Origin: a virus
Virus record (IMG/VR): IMGVR_UViG_3300022856_000003
Reading direction: 5' to 3' (one strand)
Length of the DNA stretch: 64,000 bases
Position numbers and translations under genes: made by a program. Below, piece by piece: positions 33,572-45,054 of the stretch. How positions within the stretch are numbered: the first letter of the stretch is position 1; each line of letters begins with the position of its first letter. The notes beneath the pieces were generated by a model. It ran no database searches, was not told the DNA's origin, and saw only the letters and a program-made list of their open reading frames with translations.

Positions 33572-36061
33572 ACCATCGTCGCCAGAACAAGCAGGACTAC
33601 CCGTACAACGACACGGCCCGCAAGGGCGTCGAGAAGGACGCCGCCAACAAGGAGCGTCGTCGTGAAGACCGCAGAGAGGAGCAGATCTGATGGGCACACC
33701 CTGTCGATGCGGAATGGGGACCACGGGTGGCTGTTGCTGTTCGGAACCCGGAACAGGACCGAGTCTTCAAATCGACCTCGACACTCTTCGGTACGCGACC
33801 CTGACGGGAGCGAAGCAGAACTCGCTCGCTCGCATCCTGGCCTGGACTCTCGACGGACTCAAAATGTCGCCCGGTGAGGTTCGACAGGCCATCAAGATGG
33901 CTGGAACGCTCGTGGGTCATCAGGAAGTCCTCAACTACGAGCATCCGCTACTCCACGACCCGGTGGTCTCCTGCGCGAGCAAGGAGCAACTCGAGATGCA
34001 CCTAGTGAACCGCTTCGACGGTACTCCGAACGCAGAGGGCGTCATCGCCCACAAGAGTGGCGTCATCGAAGGCGTGAGGATGCAAGTAGGAGCCAGGTCG
34101 GAAGAGTCGACCGGTCACGCAGTGAAGCGCGCGATGAGTGGTCGAAAGTGACCGAAGAACTCCTGAAAGAGTGGACGTTTCGCCTGAGCGAGCAACAGAT
34201 CGCGGACAAGGTGGCCAACGCATTCATCAACGACGGCAAGTTCCGTGGGGCGGTCATCAGCCGTATCCTCCGCGACCACAAGGACGAACTCGTTGGAGCT
34301 GTCAAGAAGGAGTACGAGGTCAACGGAAACCTCTGGAACAAGCAGATCCTCGACCATGGCGCTTCCCGCGCGAAGGCTGAAAAACTTCGCATTCATGCGC
34401 GTCTGAGCAACGCGGCTGACGCATTGATTTCGGATGCGGTAAAGAAGAGCCTCCCCATCTGGTTCTCGAACGACAAGATCGAGAACATGGTCGTGAAGAT
34501 CCTTCGTGGAGGGGTCCACAAAGCCTTCGCTCGCCGCGCTCGGGATTGGGTGGACAAGTGGAAGCCTGCTCTCGTAAAGGGACTCGACGACGACGAGGCC
34601 AGGTGGGAAGAACTCCGGCCCAGGATTCAACAAGTCATCGGCTCCCATGGGAACGCGATCTCAGTCGAGGAAGCCATTCTCATAGCTCTCGATCACGACT
34701 TCCCTGGCAAGTCTGCTTTGGCTATCGGCGAGAGCATCATTCGAGACCCACTCAAGAAGCTGGCGGATCTGGTGGCTGAGCCCTCTTTCCTCCCGCAGGA
34801 CATGGCAGATTGATAGTTCCCCACGCCTCTCTGAATCGAATGAGTCTGGATGGGATCCAGTCCGTCACTCGTCTGTATGAAGCCATCCAGCGGCACATTC
34901 TCACCGCAAAACCCGTGAGGAGCTTCTCTGGAATAGCGTTCACGGTGGAGGACTCAGACGCCGTCTTGGCGTACTTCGCTTTCCTCGGCTGGCATGTGGT
35001 CTTCCTCAAGTTGAACCACGATTCCACCGTTCACCTGGGCGTCAAACTGGAGCAGATGTGAAGCTGACTACCGACAAGATCAAGGAGGCGCTCGCCGCGC
35101 TCACTTCTGAGGACTTGGTCCACCTGGATCCGTTCGACGAAGCCTCGAACTACAACGGCACGCCCGCTTCCGATTGGAAGCGAGTCAAGAAGGTGAAGGA
35201 CGGCGCAGGACGTACCGTCCGCAGCTTCGTGATCGCGGGTGAGGACTACCCGGCGATCGTGGTGACAGACACGCGGGATGAGAAGATTCTGGGTATCTGG
35301 ACCGACTCGACAGGTCAGTTCATCGAAGACCCCGAGGATGTCGTAGCACTCAGGGATGAGGATCAGCCGTGGCGTCCTCCGACGAAGCCGAGCGACTACG
35401 TCTTCATCTTCGCTCCGACGGATACGGCCATTGGTCCTATGGTCTACGTCACGCCGAAGGGACTGTTCGACAGGGAGAAGATTGTCGTCGACCAGTCGTG
35501 GGCCAACGGGTTCTTGGAAGTGTGTGACGACGGGATGAACAGCCGCCCAATCCAAGGGCTCTACGAGGAGACGGAGTCGACCTACTCCTGGGACATGAAC
35601 GGCGAGATCGACGAAAGCTGGCTGGGCTTCAAGCCCACGGTCACCCTCCGCACCGAGCGCGACGTGCGACTCCACCTCTCGGCCATGGGTCTCGAGGAGC
35701 GGCAGCGGCCCAAGGTCTGGGGGCAGCACGATGAGTAGCAATCGAGTCGACCTCGTCGTCTACTTCAAGGTCGTGGGCGAGGTTGATCTGATGGAGCTGA
35801 TGGAGAAAGCCTACGAGGCCGACGACACATGGCCTTACTCACAAGAGGGTGAGGCCACAGAACCAGGGTGGTTTTCCATCACGCTGTCTTCTCTGACTCA
35901 CGACGGATTCGACTCCGAAGTGATCTCTGCTGATCCCCAGACCGAGTGGGAACTGGCCTCGTTCGAGTTCGCTGAGCACGGTGTGACTATCGAGCCGATC
36001 AAGAAGGTGGCGATGGTCCAGTGGTACGACGCCGCTGACCGACCCTTCCCGGAAGGTCTCT

Positions 36062-36622
36062 ATGAAGCCTGACCTGACCATCTGCCACTACTGCCAGCGA
36101 CCAGTCATCGTGGTGGTTCATGGCTCGACTGACTACCCGTACCCGTACCGTCGAGACTATGGCCCGAGGCTCTCATGCCCGCCCTGTGCGGCCCACGTCG
36201 GCTGTCACTTCAAGGACCCGACGAGGCCACTGGGCACAGTCGCGAATGCTGCCGACCGTGAGCTACGGAAGCGCGCTCACGAAGTTCTGGACCCTCTGTG
36301 GAATGGTCAGAGGAAGAAGAAGCTGACGCGAAAGAAGGTCTACGCCGAACTCGACAGGTCTCTCGGTCGCGAGATCCACATCTCCTGGAATCACGGGAAC
36401 GACCTCGAGCAGATCATTGCCGCCGCTCACCTCATGGCTGATGGAGCTGCGGTCATCGCGCCCGACGGTGTCGAATACTTCTGCCCAGCCTGCAAGACCT
36501 TGCGTCTGCATCTGGTAGGCCCACCGACCGAATGTCGGCAATGTGGGGCGACAGAGGGGCTCGTCACAGGGAAGCCTGGTACTCTGGACATCGAAGCACT
36601 CCGAGGTGGGGACAGTCCATGA
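36062..36622 (+). CDS. DUF3268-like zinc-finger protein
   Basis: CHYC...CPPCAAHVGCH...PLGTVANAADRELRKRAHEVLDPLW. Confidence 0.7.
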   Translation: MKPDLTICHYCQRPVIVVVHGSTDYPYPYRRDYGPRLSCPPCAAHVGCHFKDPTRPLGTVANAADRELRKRAHEVLDPLWNGQRKKKLTRKKVYAELDRSLGREIHISWNHGNDLEQIIAAAHLMADGAAVIAPDGVEYFCPACKTLRLHLVGPPTECRQCGATEGLVTGKPGTLDIEALRGGDSP

Positions 36623-37476
36623 AGTTGCCTGAGCAAGTCATTACGGTGATGAGAGAAGACCTCGTCAAGATCATCGATCCGCTGGACCCGTGCTGCGGTC
36701 TTCGCGCCGTGGTCGTCGAATTGTTCGCGGATGAGATGAAGGTCATCCTGATGGATGGCACAGGCGACGACGACGACGACGACCTCGTCCCCTACGAGCG
36801 CAAGCAGCTCCAGCGCCTCTTCGTCATCAAGCTCGAGTTCCCGAAGCTCATGGTCGACCGCAACGGCAAGAAGGCCATGATCGTCACCGACGAGTCTGGC
36901 GCTCTGAGGATCTCCACCAGAGACTTCGGGATGGAAGCTCTCGAGGGGATGATCCCGCTGTTCCGCGACACCGCTCCGAAGGACCCTCTCGGATGGCCGA
37001 AGCCCTACCACTTGCTGGCGTGGGCTCAGGCTGACGGGAACCTCGGGTTCGAGCCCAAACCCCTAGAAGATCAAGGCTGGTGAATGTCGTCCATCCACTA
37101 CCACGAGACGAAGAACCAGACGGAGCTGATGCGGCAAGTGCTCGCTCTCGTCAAGAACGACGTGGTCGTGATGATGGCCGACGACAGGGGTCAGTGGAAC
37201 GGAGAGAACAAGGACGAGCACATCAGCATAAAGGTGCGCCGCTACAAGACCGGCGAGTACAAGATCGGTCTCTACACCGCTGAGGGTCACACCTGGGTGA
37301 AGTGCTATGGCTGCACCGAAATGGGCAAGATCTGGCAGGAGATCGACACGGAGTGCCATCGGCAGAGGGAGGAGCTGCTCTCCCCTCGACTCATCAAGCT
37401 GATGAAGCGGGCTCTCATTTCGGGCTCTGCTCGCGTGGAATGACTAACCGCGCTACGGCGCACAACGGGAGAAACA

Positions 37477-38046
37477 ATGAAGAAGAACCGACTGATGATG
37501 AGCCTGGCCCTCCTGGCCCTCCTGGCAATCCCGACGCTGGCCCACGCGGGCGGCCCAGATGACCTGACCGAGTTCACGGATCCAGCGGGTGACACTCAGT
37601 TGATGATGGGGATCCCCAATGGCGAGTCCCCTGGGGATGTCATCGAGGGGCCGGGCGTCACCGAGATCCCCGAGAACCCGGCCTGCGCCGTGGACAACGG
37701 CTGGGGCAGTGGTCCCGGCATGACCCCGCCGTCGATTGGTACAGGCTGGATCGATGACCACTGCGACTGCCACCCGAAGTCGCATAGCGGCACGGCCACG
37801 TGGACCGAGTCCTGTACCACGTCAGGTGGATACGCGGGCACCCGTACCAACACCCGCGACTGGTTCCAAACGCGCTACAAGCGCGGGTGGGGATGCTCCA
37901 GCGCGGGCAAGTGCAACCCGGAGGCGGACCCGGCTACCTACGGCGTGACCGTCTATGGCGACTGCGGGGCAGAGTCGGCGGGGGAGGCAATCGCGCAGTG
38001 GGTCATCGACGTAAGTCAGATGATTGCGGACACCGTCGGCAACTGA
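37477..38046 (+). CDS. Secreted Cys-rich protein
   Basis: Sec-type signal MKKNRLMMSLALLALLAIPTLAHA and several Cys in the mature part. Confidence 0.65.
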   Translation: MKKNRLMMSLALLALLAIPTLAHAGGPDDLTEFTDPAGDTQLMMGIPNGESPGDVIEGPGVTEIPENPACAVDNGWGSGPGMTPPSIGTGWIDDHCDCHPKSHSGTATWTESCTTSGGYAGTRTNTRDWFQTRYKRGWGCSSAGKCNPEADPATYGVTVYGDCGAESAGEAIAQWVIDVSQMIADTVGN

Positions 38047-38063
38047 CGGGCAAAACAGGATGA

Positions 38064-38097
38064 AGCGCCTGCCCTTCGGGGTGGGCGCTCTTGCTTG
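38064..38097 (+). terminator. Intrinsic terminator-like hairpin
   Basis: AGCGCCTGCCC-TTCG-GGGTGGGCGCT followed by CTTGCTT, just after the stop of 37477..38046. Confidence 0.65.
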
Positions 38098-40852
38098 GGA
38101 GACCTTCTCTCGATTGACTTAACACCGAACCGATGCTATACTTCTGGCAGGGCGAGGTGCCCACCGGGAGGTCCCGAAGATGACTCAGTTGACCGAAATC
38201 TACATTCGACGAGCCCAGTACGCGCACATGAGCCGCCTCATGGGTTGCTTGTCGTCTCTCAACGGAGTGACGTTCCCGGTGAGCATCACCCAGGCGGAAA
38301 CCCTCTATGAGTGCAACGACGCCGAAGTAGAGATCAAGACTCCAGCGTGCTTCGTCCTGCTCTCGACAAGACAGGACTACGATCTGGACCACGTCGAGAC
38401 GATGGACACGACCCGTCTCGTCCGTCTCGTGAATATGCCCAATACACCCGGCTGGTGGCGCGTTCAGTGGCCTCCTGTCAAGTGATCGGAGACGACTCAA
38501 TCCTCGACCTGATACTCGAGGAGATGGCCGCTCAGGACGCAGCCGAGGACAAGGTCTTCGTGGACGCGACCAGGCTCTCACTCATCCATGTGCTCATGGC
38601 TCATCGCCTAAAGAAGGCGGATCGTGCTTCCAACTACAGGTGGAAGAAAGCCCAGAAGATCAAGAATGCTCGGAGGAAAGCTCGGCACGATCTACTTCAG
38701 TTTCACAGGGCAAATCTCCTTCGTGCGATGCAGAGTCCAGCTCAACGACTCGTCGATGTGTTGGCTGCTCGGCGTGACCAGATTCAGCGCGAAATCGATT
38801 TCGCCAAAAAGCTCAAGACCCCAAAAATCCTCCAGGTTCTCCTGATGGACCACAATGGGGTCATGGTCCCTATCCCTGGGTTCCTAGTGGATGCATCCGT
38901 CGACTACGGGCTCGACTCGCATTCTTTGAAGCTCCGCATTCGAGGAGTATCGACAGGTGCGAACTGGGAAAAGTGCCTGGACATGTTGGCTGGCAAATGA
39001 GCACAGACTTCGACGACATCCTTGATCTGGCACCAGCCCTCTACGCACGCATAGCGGAGCTGGAGGTAGAGAAGCTTGCGGAGATCAGAGCCAGGGTGTC
39101 CGCAGAGACGGAGATCAAGGCCGCTGACGAGGCCAACGCAAAGCTGACTCGGAAGGTCCTTGATCAAGCGGAAGCGTTTAGGCGCGAGGCATTCAGGTTG
39201 AATGCGGACAAGAAGTCCATCAAGGCTCGCCTGATGGTGCTGGAAGGGAAGAGGGAGTTGAAGAACTCCGTAAGAGATGAGTTCCTTGTCCACATGGATT
39301 GGGTCGATGAAGCTGCGTTCGTCTCCGTCCGAGCGTTTCAACAGAACTTGATCTCCACGCAGTTGGTTCCAGAGTCGATCCCGTCAGAAGCTATCCGGCT
39401 TCAAGTCCGCGCGACTCTCGACTCCTGGTTCAAGACAAAGGCACCCAGGCCGGGCGAGCCACCACTTTTGATCTCCTACGCACAGATCGCCGAGCGTGCA
39501 ATAGAAGACCGCAACACGACCACTGGGTACGAACATGTCGGCTACGACGATCCCGACGATCCCAATGACATCTGGTCGGATTACGACGAGTTCGGTAGAC
39601 GGACAATCCCTTTTTAGGACAGACCATGAGAAGAGCTAAGCAACCAACAGAAGCGACCGAGACCGACTACGACGGCGACTATGAGACCTCGTACAAGGCT
39701 CACTTCGACGCGAAGCGCGCTGCGTACAGGTCGGTAGGATTCGGGGAGCTTTTCCCGATGACCAACGACCAGATGAGGCGAGTCGTCGAGAAGAGCGAGA
39801 TGGGCTTCATGGTCCCGAAGGGCTACGGCACGCCGACGTTTCGTCTGTGTCAGCTCTGCGTCCAGGAACGTGGTCTGATCAGAGTCGAGGAGGGAACGGT
39901 CGTTTGGAAGTCCCAGCATCACGCAAAGTGGGAGTTGGATGGGATGGGAGACTTCATGGAAGTCACCGCTCGCAACGAACATGGAGACATGGGGATCTGG
40001 CATCTAGATCTCCCTACTCACCTCGATAACGACTGGGAGTAATCGACGCCCCTACGCTTGCGACCGTGCGACCGTTGATGTACAATGTGGTTGTTCAGCG
40101 AACCGATAACCATCGAGGTGATGGCATGACTAACGGACTCTCCCGACAGATTGCGCGACAAACAGCGCGAACCCTCGCCGCCCAGCGCGCAGCGACCATC
40201 TTCGCAGCGCAGCAGATGGCCGACATCGCTGACCTCGTCGAAATCGCCCGCTCCGAAGGACCCGAGTCCGCAATGCAGTTCGTCGACTCCGACGCTGACG
40301 CTGTGACATTCGGTGCGCTCGTTCAGCTCGCACTCGAAATCGGCACCCCGCTCATCGCGCTCGTCAATCCCGAGAAGGCCATCCGCGCCCGAATCCCCTG
40401 CATCACTCTCCGAGAGGATGGAACCCAGGGAGTCCGAATGGTCTTCAGCAACCGAGGTCGATACGGCGTCGTCTGCTTCAAAAACGGTGGCCACGTTGCC
40501 CACGTTGCCGAAATGACGACCGCCAACGCAGTGGACTGCCACAACGGAGCGAAGGAGATTCGCTACTACCGCAATCGCTTCGACGTAGTCGCGGTGACCG
40601 CGTGAGGCATCTCGCCGAGTACCTTCTCTGCCTCGCGGTGGGAGCTGGGATCATCATCCTGGCACTGGCCGCGATGCTCGAGCCCGATCCCATCTCGGAG
40701 CGCATTTCCCGTGACGCTAGTCAGGCAGCAGCAGTGCTGGACGATGCCGAGGCACTCAACGACTTCCGCCTCTGCATGGCGCACCAGCTACGCCAGTACG
40801 AGCCCACCGATGCCGAGTACGCAGCCGCTCAGACGTTCTGCGAGGTGACACA

Positions 40853-41908
40853 GTGAACATCCCCTCTGACCGCATCGAGTTCATCAAGCCGATGAAAGCG
40901 AAGCAGACCAATCGGTCGAAGAAGCAGCCTGACGGTACGACCTACCTCAAGGGCGCTGAGGAGATGATCGCCTGGGTTGGAACCATCGACCCGACGGAGT
41001 ACTGGGCCGAGATCAAGGAGAACGGCCAGAGGGTCCAGGTCCAGGACTACGGTTTCTGGACGACTAGGCCGACATGGGTTCCGAAGGATGACTACCCGCA
41101 TATCTGCTCCTACATCCCCCCAGGCTGTGTCTTCGACGGTGAGCTGATGCCGAACGACGGAGAGGGTCACGAGGTAGTCAGTCACTACCGGTCAAGCCAT
41201 CCTCAGAAGCTCAAGCTCGTCGTGTTCGATATCCTCTATGTCGGCGGCGTTTGCGTCATGGACGACCCGCTCGAGGTCCGTAGGAAGAAGCTCCAGGCGA
41301 TGCTCGATGCGGCCCCTACGCCGAACATCGAACTGGCGCACGTCTTCGAGGATGACTTCGCTCAGGCAATGAGAGATGCGCTGGCTCAGGGTCGCGAAGG
41401 CTTGATCATCAAGAACCGCTTCTCCAACTACAAGCCTGGCTCCCGCAGCAAGTGGCTCAAGTGCAAGGCCACAGAGACGGTCGACGTTGTCATCACCGAC
41501 TGCGACTCGAAGCCCACCGAGTGGAGGGTCCGCCCAGGCCACAAAGACACGCATGGTGTGGTCCTGCCCGAGGGACGCCACTCCGATCCCTGGATTGCAG
41601 GCTACGTGGGCCTCTCTTACGGCTTCTACGACGACAAGGGCCAACTGCGCCGCGTAGGGTCGCTCGGCGTCACAGGGACTCTCGAGGACATGCGGAAGCA
41701 CGTCGGACGAGTCGCCGAGGTGGACTCCTTCGGACCCCAGTTCCCGACCGGTGCCATCCAGCATCCGAGCTTCAAGCACTGGCGGGACGACAAGCACCCG
41801 ATCTCCTGTGTCTTCGCCTTTGACGAGGCTGACGGAGTGAACCTCAAGGCTCTACGCGACCTCCCCGAGTCCTTCGACCCGGTGGACATGATTCTGGGGA
41901 TGGACTGA
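40853..41908 (+). CDS. lig: ATP-dependent DNA ligase
   Basis: Nucleotidyltransferase motifs EIKENGQR (I), VFDGEL (III), VFDIL (IIIa), EGLIIK (IV), WLKCK (V), then an OB domain ending HPSFKHWRDDK. Confidence 0.9.
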   Translation: MNIPSDRIEFIKPMKAKQTNRSKKQPDGTTYLKGAEEMIAWVGTIDPTEYWAEIKENGQRVQVQDYGFWTTRPTWVPKDDYPHICSYIPPGCVFDGELMPNDGEGHEVVSHYRSSHPQKLKLVVFDILYVGGVCVMDDPLEVRRKKLQAMLDAAPTPNIELAHVFEDDFAQAMRDALAQGREGLIIKNRFSNYKPGSRSKWLKCKATETVDVVITDCDSKPTEWRVRPGHKDTHGVVLPEGRHSDPWIAGYVGLSYGFYDDKGQLRRVGSLGVTGTLEDMRKHVGRVAEVDSFGPQFPTGAIQHPSFKHWRDDKHPISCVFAFDEADGVNLKALRDLPESFDPVDMILGMD

Positions 41909-43461
41909 TGGGCAACACATACGGAGTACAGAAGGCGGGGCTCCAAGGGATCCACGTCTACGACGCGCTCAGGACGGCAGTCAACGAGAAGTGGCCGGGC
42001 GTATTCAGCATCGTCTACGACGGTCAAGCTGACACAGTAGCCCTCATCCTCGGCATGGACCTCAAGATGGTCTGGCACCCCTGGGGTGACGGTATCTGGG
42101 GTGGAAACTCCATCCGAGGATTCTTCGACTTCGGTGACTGGATGCTCCGGTTCATCGTCCACCGCGTGGCCGAGATCCTCGACGCCGACAAGTACGGCGA
42201 GGGATTCGAGGAGGTCGTGACCAACTCCGCGAGGTACCAGACCTTTGGCGAGTGGTTCCATCGGCTGGACTGTGCCGGTGTTGAACGCGACGTATTCCTC
42301 AAGAGTTTGAAGGACCGCATGGACTCAGGCCGCATGGACGACATGCCAGAGGCTCTGCTCGCAGACCTCAACACCGCATTCAAGGAGAAGTGATGCACTG
42401 GAACACCGCCGAAATCAAGAAGCTCATCGCCCAGCCGGGTGCCACCGTGACCCGAGCCCGTCAGGGAGGGGACTACGACACGACCAATCTGGTGGTGGTT
42501 CATCCTGACTGGCGGTACTTCGTCGTCGGCTTCCGTCCCGAGGAAAGCATCACCGCTGCCGAGCTGGATGACTGCGCCGACGTGGACGCCATCTCGGTAG
42601 GTGACGGTCAGGACAGTCGCGGCGGCTGCAACTCGTCCGACGAAGGAGCCATCCTGGCCCATGCTCGCATCGTCGCGGCCCTCCGTGGCGCTGGCTGGGA
42701 AACCATCGGCCACTACGACGAGATCTTCTAAGATGGCAGTCCGCACCCTTGAATATCGGTCACCCCAGGTGGAACGGGTGACCTTCCGAACAGTGCTTCC
42801 GCTCCGACACATGGACCGATCCTGTCGAGTCATTGCGGAGAACCACGGGCACGCCTGGAAGATCGTCGAGATCAAGCCGCAGGGTGCCGACCCCATCGAG
42901 ATGCATGAATCGTGGTGGGGTCAGCTCGGAGACGACATCGCCACCGCACTCGAACAGGCAGAAGAACGTGGGATGAAGTGATCGACTTCCCTAAGACGAA
43001 CCGGACATGTCTCCAGTGTGGTGGCATCTCCCACACTCAGTGGACTCCGGTCATCTGTCTTCGCTGCATGTCTCGGCTGGGCTGGGAGCCGCGCGAAGAA
43101 CCAGGCTTCCTCCTATTGCCTTCTGGCGACTCGATCCGAAGCACGCAGATTCAATGGGCGGTGATTGTCGTTGTGATCCTGATCATCCTTGCCTTGGTGT
43201 TCGGATGAAGGTCCTAGTCACCCTGTCGGATGGTTTCCGATTCACATCAGTTCTCTACGAAGAAGACGACGTTCACGGTCTCGGAGACGACGTGACGAAG
43301 TTCAATCTCAGCGACGCGGCGAGCAGCCTCAAGGATGACCTCACCGAACTCCTCGAGTTTGAGAGTGACGCGCTGTTGGGTCGAGACTTCATCGGTATTG
43401 AGATCATGCTCATCGAGCCCGTGCTGGACGATGCCCACACTGACCTGATCATGGTGGAAGT

Positions 43462-43827
43462 GTGATCTCGCTTCGAGCAGGCCAGAGAGACTGGTTCATG
43501 TACGTCGTGGTCACGGCGACAGGCACCCTCTACTGCGGTGTCTCTACGGACGTTCATGCCCGAGTTGCCACGCACAACAGAGGCAAGGGTGCGAAGTACC
43601 TCCAGGGCGTCCGACTCCCCTGCAAGCTCCTCGTCGCGTGGTGCTTCGCCGGGCCAGACGCTCATGGAAACGCCTTGCGCTGTGAATACTGGTTCAAGCA
43701 TCAGACGAGATCGCAGAAGAGGAGATTCATCCTGATGGAAGTGAACCTCCCGGAAGAGTTCAAGATCGCGTTCGGAGGTCAGGAGATCCCGAGAGAAGAG
43801 ATCCGAGCCCTGTTGCCTGCCTTTTGA
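43462..43827 (+). CDS. GIY-YIG nuclease, UPF0213/YhbQ type
   Basis: WFMYVV...GTLYCGVSTDVHARVATHNRGKGAKY...ALRCEYWFK. Confidence 0.85.
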   Translation: MISLRAGQRDWFMYVVVTATGTLYCGVSTDVHARVATHNRGKGAKYLQGVRLPCKLLVAWCFAGPDAHGNALRCEYWFKHQTRSQKRRFILMEVNLPEEFKIAFGGQEIPREEIRALLPAF

Positions 43828-43970
43828 CTGAGCCGAGGAGGTCCTCCCCCACACGTTGAATCGGAGGTCACTTACCTGTCGGGCTCTCAAGCACCCTCAT
43901 CCCTTTTCGGGGGTGGGGGTGTGCTCGTTGGCGTGCTACCTTCCTGGTTCAACGGCCCGTCGGAGCACAG

Positions 43971-44363
43971 ATGCGTCTCAAGACCAGAATCAGCCTGAGC
44001 CTCTCTTCGACCAGTGCCGAGGAGATGGATGTCGCAAACCAGGCTCCGTCGAGCTACGAGGTCACCGACGAACTCGGTGAGGGCTCTGCTCGCACCTACA
44101 AGGTGCTCACGGGAGTTGCTTCCCAGGCTGTGGATCTGGCCGGTCTGACTGCGGTCAACTACATCTACGTCCGAACGAACAAGGCGATCACGTTCCACAT
44201 CACGGACGCTGGTGGCACCTACGACATCCCGGTGGCAATCCCAGACGGGTTCGACTACGGGTATCTCTCGCTCAACACGACTGCCGTCACCGCACTGGCA
44301 GTGTCGAATGCAAGTGGGTCGACCGCTCGTCTGATGGTGGTTCTCGCTGGAGACCCGGAGTAG
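43971..44363 (+). CDS. Small beta-rich protein, possibly virion-associated
   Basis: Thr/Val/Ala-rich beta-strand pattern (VTALAVSNASGSTARLMVVLAG). Heads the cluster of leader-bearing small genes. Confidence 0.4.
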   Translation: MRLKTRISLSLSSTSAEEMDVANQAPSSYEVTDELGEGSARTYKVLTGVASQAVDLAGLTAVNYIYVRTNKAITFHITDAGGTYDIPVAIPDGFDYGYLSLNTTAVTALAVSNASGSTARLMVVLAGDPE

Positions 44364-44365
44364 TC

Positions 44366-44593
44366 GTGACCTCAGAGTTTGAGGACATTCTCGCTGGCGC
44401 AGTCGGTGGTACACGAAATCGATTTCGCGATGTGAAGTCCCCACTCCCTGGTGGCGAAGTCCAGGAAATCGGGATGCTTTTCATCAACCGCGCGCTCGAC
44501 GCAAGGCTCTCGCGGATAGCCAATGATCGTGGTACAAATGTGTCCCAGGTCCTCACAGCAGCCCTCGACTTGCTCGAGTTGGAGCCGAAGTAA
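44366..44593 (+). CDS. Putative ribbon-helix-helix DNA-binding protein
   Basis: IGMLFINRALDARLSRIANDRGTNVSQVLTAALDLL. Confidence 0.55.
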   Translation: MTSEFEDILAGAVGGTRNRFRDVKSPLPGGEVQEIGMLFINRALDARLSRIANDRGTNVSQVLTAALDLLELEPK

Positions 44594-45054
44594 TGAGTCA
44601 CATCGCAGCAGATCTACGCTCTCTTACCGAGGTCGAGTTCACCACCACGGCTCCCATCGTTGAAGACGACGCCCCAGTCGATGAGCCTGGTGAGGCAAGT
44701 GAACTGAACGAGGACGCTCCCGAGGTCATTGGACCGCCCCCGCGCCCCGCCGCTGAGGACGGAGGCCAGCTCCTGGAGTGCTACGACACCGTCATGGCGT
44801 CTTCCGGCCACTACCACGACCGCACGCTCGAAGAGAAGCTCCGAGAAGCCTGTGGGACGCTCAGGTACGCCATCAGCGAAGAGGCCGAGAAGGGCCTGGG
44901 CGACGATGGCCGAACCCGCCGCAAGATCAACGAGGACGAGGACTACCCCTGGGCTGCGGTCGAGAAGATGCTCACCAAGCGCATCCATCCGAACCTGTTC
45001 AAGTCCCTCGTCGCGGAGGCCCGAGGCGTTCTCGAGGCTTACTACGAGTAGGCC

